Source of the DNA: an uncultured Holophagales bacterium
GTDB lineage: Bacteria; Acidobacteriota; Thermoanaerobaculia; Multivoradales; UBA5704
NCBI GenBank assembly: GCA_963842525.1
Contig: CAWJGT010000003.1
Coordinates: 1,760,001-1,824,000 of the forward strand
DNA: 64,000 bases
Reading direction: 5' to 3'
Shown: positions 19,329 through 64,000 of the stretch, piece after piece
Numbering within the stretch: the stretch's first letter is position 1
How the letters are laid out: each line of letters begins with the position of its first letter
Made by a program: the position numbers and the translations under genes
The notes under the pieces: model-generated
Seen by the model: the letters and a program-made list of their open reading frames with translations, nothing else
What the model was told of the DNA's origin: nothing
Databases searched by the model: none

Positions 19329-19562
19329 TCACACCTTTTGTGCCACCTCTGCGATTGACTTTTTTGTGATGCTTTGTATCTCAGCTCGCACGGCACGGTC
19401 AGGGAGTGCCTCCGCGATCTCGTGGATCCCCAACAAAAGCGACATCTGGTGAAGCGGGTTGTTTGGATCCACGATCTCTTCCCAGTTGGGGACGAAGTGG
19501 GTAATGAAATGATAGTAGGAAGAGAACAGGCTCGGGGTAAGCTTCTTTTTGATTGCTGCCAT
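19329..19562 (-). CDS. Hypothetical protein (77 aa)
   Basis: AAGGAG RBS before ATG 19562; MAAIKKKLTPSLFSSYYHFITHFVPNWEE...; lower GC than its neighbours. Confidence 0.6.
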   Translation of the reverse strand: MAAIKKKLTPSLFSSYYHFITHFVPNWEEIVDPNNPLHQMSLLLGIHEIAEALPDRAVRAEIQSITKKSIAEVAQKV

Positions 19563-19641
19563 GTTGGTCTCCTTAGCCACTGTGTGTGAAAATGCCTAAC
19601 GGCGCTTGGCATTCAGATGCGGGAGCAGCGACGATCCCGCG

Positions 19642-19687
19642 ATCTGTATTGATATGGGCGGCCCATCTGTATTGATATGGGCGGCCC
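19642..19687. repeat. Perfect 23-bp tandem duplication
   Basis: ATCTGTATTGATATGGGCGGCCC twice (19642-19664, 19665-19687). Confidence 0.95.
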
Positions 19688-19804
19688 AGGCCGGCTGAAC
19701 GTTACATACTGCCCGGGTCCGCCATCCTCCTCCGAGGCCGCCGGGTGCCGCCGGCAGCTTCCTCGGGATGGAGGTATGCCACGACGGCCACGGCAGCGTT
19801 ACAC

Positions 19805-19841
19805 CTCCCGGTCGGTGGGAGGGCGATGGGAGAGGGGGGCC
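19805..19841. repeat. REP-like element (partial) just downstream of the NRPS stop
   Basis: CTCCCGGTCGGTGGGAGGGCGATGGGAGAGGGGGGCC aligns with CTCCCGGGCGGGTGGGAGTGCGGATGGGAGAGGGGGCC at 59197-59234. Confidence 0.65.
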
Positions 19842-19859
19842 CGGAAGTTGGCGTGCAGC

Positions 19860-61219
<41,360 letters not shown>

Positions 61220-61664
61220 TTCGCCTCCGTGACTCACCTGCCAGGAGCTCGGCCGAGATGCCGGTGAAGGCTTCTTCCGCACGGTGTGCACGGTGTCACG
61301 CCGTTCCCGGCGCCCTGCAATTCCAACGATACTTCCATAGCAATAACCCTCGCGGCCCGTGGATCTGCAACCGCCTGCCTGCCGGCAAAAATTTCCGCGC
61401 GCTGTTGCAGGAAGACACCCGCCGGATCGCCTTCTCTGCGCACTCGATCCCCATCCCCATCCGGTTGCGTCCGGACGGGGTGAGCGCACCGCGAGGCCCG
61501 CTTCGCACGCGATGGCAGATGGCTCACGAGATTCTTTCTGACAGCACTTCCACGGAAGAGATAGAAGGGCGGTTTCAGATTGCAAAGGCGTACTGGGCAG
61601 GGCGTAGGAAGGAGTACTCATCGAAAATTCAACAATTAGTGGAGGCAAAGAAGTTCGCCTCGTC

Positions 61665-61785
61665 CAGGTCTTCGTCAACCTCCTTGCCAACGCAGCGCGC
61701 GCGCGGTCGAGGCCCGGCGTGAGGGCGAGGGGACGCGCGTCCGCGTCACCCTGCCGCGACATCGCGAGGCCGCGAGGGCCACGGC

Positions 61786-61789
<4 letters not shown>
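61665..61789 (+). pseudogene. Histidine kinase remnant (N-box joined to terminal strand)
   Basis: [10 protein letters not shown] at 61665, then in another frame [17 protein letters not shown]...*, whose TGA overlaps the response-regulator ATG (ATGA). Confidence 0.65.
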
Positions 61790-62448
<659 letters not shown>

Positions 62449-62573
62449 TGGGGCGAGACGTTCTTAACCATCTGTCACTGCTTTTTGATGGACCGCGCCT
62501 GAGTTGGGCTGAGCAGAGGCTTTCAGGCAGGTGAGGAGATCGCGCCTCGCTTAACAATATCCAGACTCTTCTG

Positions 62574-63242
62574 ATGCCGGGGCTCGACGGAACCGGGGAG
62601 CTGTTCCACGAGCTTCTCCGCTCCTGCCCGCCCAACCTCACTCCTCGGGTCATCACCTACCCAAGGAACGAGGTGCAGGATTCCGGAGAGATCGTTCGAC
62701 AAAGTTTGAGCACCTTTGGCCAGGACAGTAGGTCTCTCCTCATTGCGGAGTCGTTCTCCGGACCCTATGCGGTCCGCGCTGCCCAGGAGATGGGCTCCCG
62801 TCTCCTCGGTATTGTTCTGTGCAACAGCTTCGTCACGTCTCCGATCCCGGCGATCCTTCGGCTGGCGCCTCTCTCGCTCTTCTTCCGTCTCCCGATCCCG
62901 CGCTGGGCCATTCGGCACTACCTCGTCGGAGCGCGTGCTTCAGAGGATCTTGTCTCTCGAGTCGGCAATACGGTCCGCACGGTTGATCCTGCCATCCTGG
63001 CAGGACGTGTGAGAACCGTCATGGCCGCTGATGTACGCGCGGAGCTGCGCGCGTGCGAGGTCCCCATCCTGTACATTCGGGGCACCGAGGATCGGCTCGT
63101 TCCGGAACGGAGTGTTGCCGAGATCCTGCGCCTTCAGCCGAAGGTGGTCGTCCGCCGGATCGAGGGGCCTCACTTCCTTCTGCAGGCGGCTGCGGCGCAA
63201 GCCTGGGCGGCGGTGCAGGAATTCATTCGACGGGTGGCCTGA
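62574..63242 (+). CDS. Alpha/beta-fold hydrolase
   Basis: PGLDGTG, nucleophile elbow IAESFSG, GTEDRLV, GPHFLL. Confidence 0.82.
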   Translation: MPGLDGTGELFHELLRSCPPNLTPRVITYPRNEVQDSGEIVRQSLSTFGQDSRSLLIAESFSGPYAVRAAQEMGSRLLGIVLCNSFVTSPIPAILRLAPLSLFFRLPIPRWAIRHYLVGARASEDLVSRVGNTVRTVDPAILAGRVRTVMAADVRAELRACEVPILYIRGTEDRLVPERSVAEILRLQPKVVVRRIEGPHFLLQAAAAQAWAAVQEFIRRVA

Positions 63243-63257
63243 TAGGATACGTCCTCG

Positions 63258-63755
63258 ATGCGCATCGAACTGGAGCCCGCTACTGCCGAGGACGCTGCGG
63301 CCATCGCGGTACTGCAGACCTCGGTCGCCCAGGACCTGACTTCGAAGCACGGGAAGGGGCCGTGGTCCTCGGCGGTCTCGGAGAGGGGCGTGCTCTTCCA
63401 TATGAGAAATGGGAGGGTCTATGTGGCGAGGCAGGACAATGGTGCGATCGCGACCCTGACGCTTTGTACCAAGAAGCCCTGGGCGATTGACAAGAGCTAC
63501 TTCACCGCGTGCAAGAAGCCGATCTATCTGCTGAACATGGCGGTCGATCCCGCGTTGCAGCGCACGGGGATCGGCAGGCTCTGCCTCGAAGAAGCGAAGA
63601 GGATCGGCAAGGAGTGGCCAGGGGATGCCATTCGGCTCGATGCCTTCGACGCCGCAGCGGGTGCAGAGGACTTCTATCGGAAGTGTGGTTTCCGAGAGGT
63701 CGGACGAGTGACGTATAGAAAAGTCCCGCTGGTATATTTTGAGATGCTCTTGTGA
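63258..63755 (+). CDS. GNAT family N-acetyltransferase
   Basis: MAVDPALQRTGIG (motif A), IRLDAF, FYRKCGF. Confidence 0.9.
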   Translation: MRIELEPATAEDAAAIAVLQTSVAQDLTSKHGKGPWSSAVSERGVLFHMRNGRVYVARQDNGAIATLTLCTKKPWAIDKSYFTACKKPIYLLNMAVDPALQRTGIGRLCLEEAKRIGKEWPGDAIRLDAFDAAAGAEDFYRKCGFREVGRVTYRKVPLVYFEMLL

Positions 63756-64000
63756 TTCTTGCCTCGTAAGCCAAGAAGCCCGGCCCAGAGCCCGCAGGCG
63801 CCACCGACGAGGTGAGCGAGAGGGACGGGGACGAAGAGTCCCTCCGAGCCCGCGAAGAGCGCCGTTCCTGACACTGACTCGTAGCCCACCTTGAGCAGGA
63901 AAGCCACGAGCGCGGCCCCGGCCGCGAGCGCCGGCCCGGAACGCAGACTCCCGATCCTCTCGATCTCTTCACGGAGGAGGAGGATCGCAGCGAGCACGAA
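63674..64000 (-). CDS. Rhombosortase / rhomboid-family protease, 3' part
   Basis: Hydrophobic helices ending KVGYESVSGTALF...FVPVPLAHLVGG (catalytic His motif AHxxG); 5' part lies outside the window. Confidence 0.62.
   Translation of the reverse strand, partial: FVLAAILLLREEIERIGSLRSGPALAAGAALVAFLLKVGYESVSGTALFAGSEGLFVPVPLAHLVGGACGLWAGLLGLRGKNHKSISKYTSGTFLYVTRPTSRKPHFR

Noticed and set aside
18207-19332. Repeat-protein ORFs across the 62-bp array
   Set aside because: The period is not a multiple of 3, and the ORFs overlap the better-supported 18390 gene.
19329-19562. MbtH-like protein (right size and position)
   Set aside because: Lacks the NxExQxSxWP, PxGW and WxDxRP motifs; has only one Trp.
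15423-19700. IS element, integron or prophage explaining the accessory patch
   Set aside because: No transposase, integrase, terminal inverted repeats or convincing attC sites found by eye.
61220-61762. 181-aa N-terminal extension of the NRPS
   Set aside because: Non-protein-like sequence; ATG 61219 has a GGAGG RBS and FAAL homology starts there.

Overview
High-GC bacterial DNA; the gene content and repeat types suggest a Thermoanaerobaculia-like Acidobacterium (inference). Two thirds of the window (61219->19860, minus strand) is most simply one ~41.4 kb hybrid NRPS-PKS gene of ~13,780 aa, broken by nine single-base indels that all lie inside domains. Architecture: FAAL-ACP, ten C-A-T modules, one KS-AT-ACP module and a terminal E-TE. 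Predicted product: acyl-Ala-X(basic?)-D-Asn-Val-Thr-Thr-(Me)Cys-[C2 keto]-Leu-Ala-D-Ser. The gene has a cleanly deleted epimerase domain, a methyltransferase-interrupted Cys-type A domain and two in-frame REP-like palindromes. The left arm holds a class V aminotransferase, a Phd/VapC pair, coupled carbamoyltransferase and SGNH genes, a DUF3857/transglutaminase-TPR protein, a secreted zinc peptidase, an RRM protein, an RlmL-like methylase, a hydrolase and Uma2. A scrambled accessory patch (15.0-19.7 kb) has cysA/cysW remnants, a BrnT/HTH pair, a double-HTH GIY-YIG nuclease and a 62-bp palindromic tandem array. It also has an orphan 180-aa gene with signs of cis-antisense RNA control, the best candidate for an undescribed system. 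The right end has a decayed two-component pair, a hydrolase, a GNAT and a rhombosortase-like 3' end. All alignments, specificity codes and domain boundaries were read by eye and are approximate.
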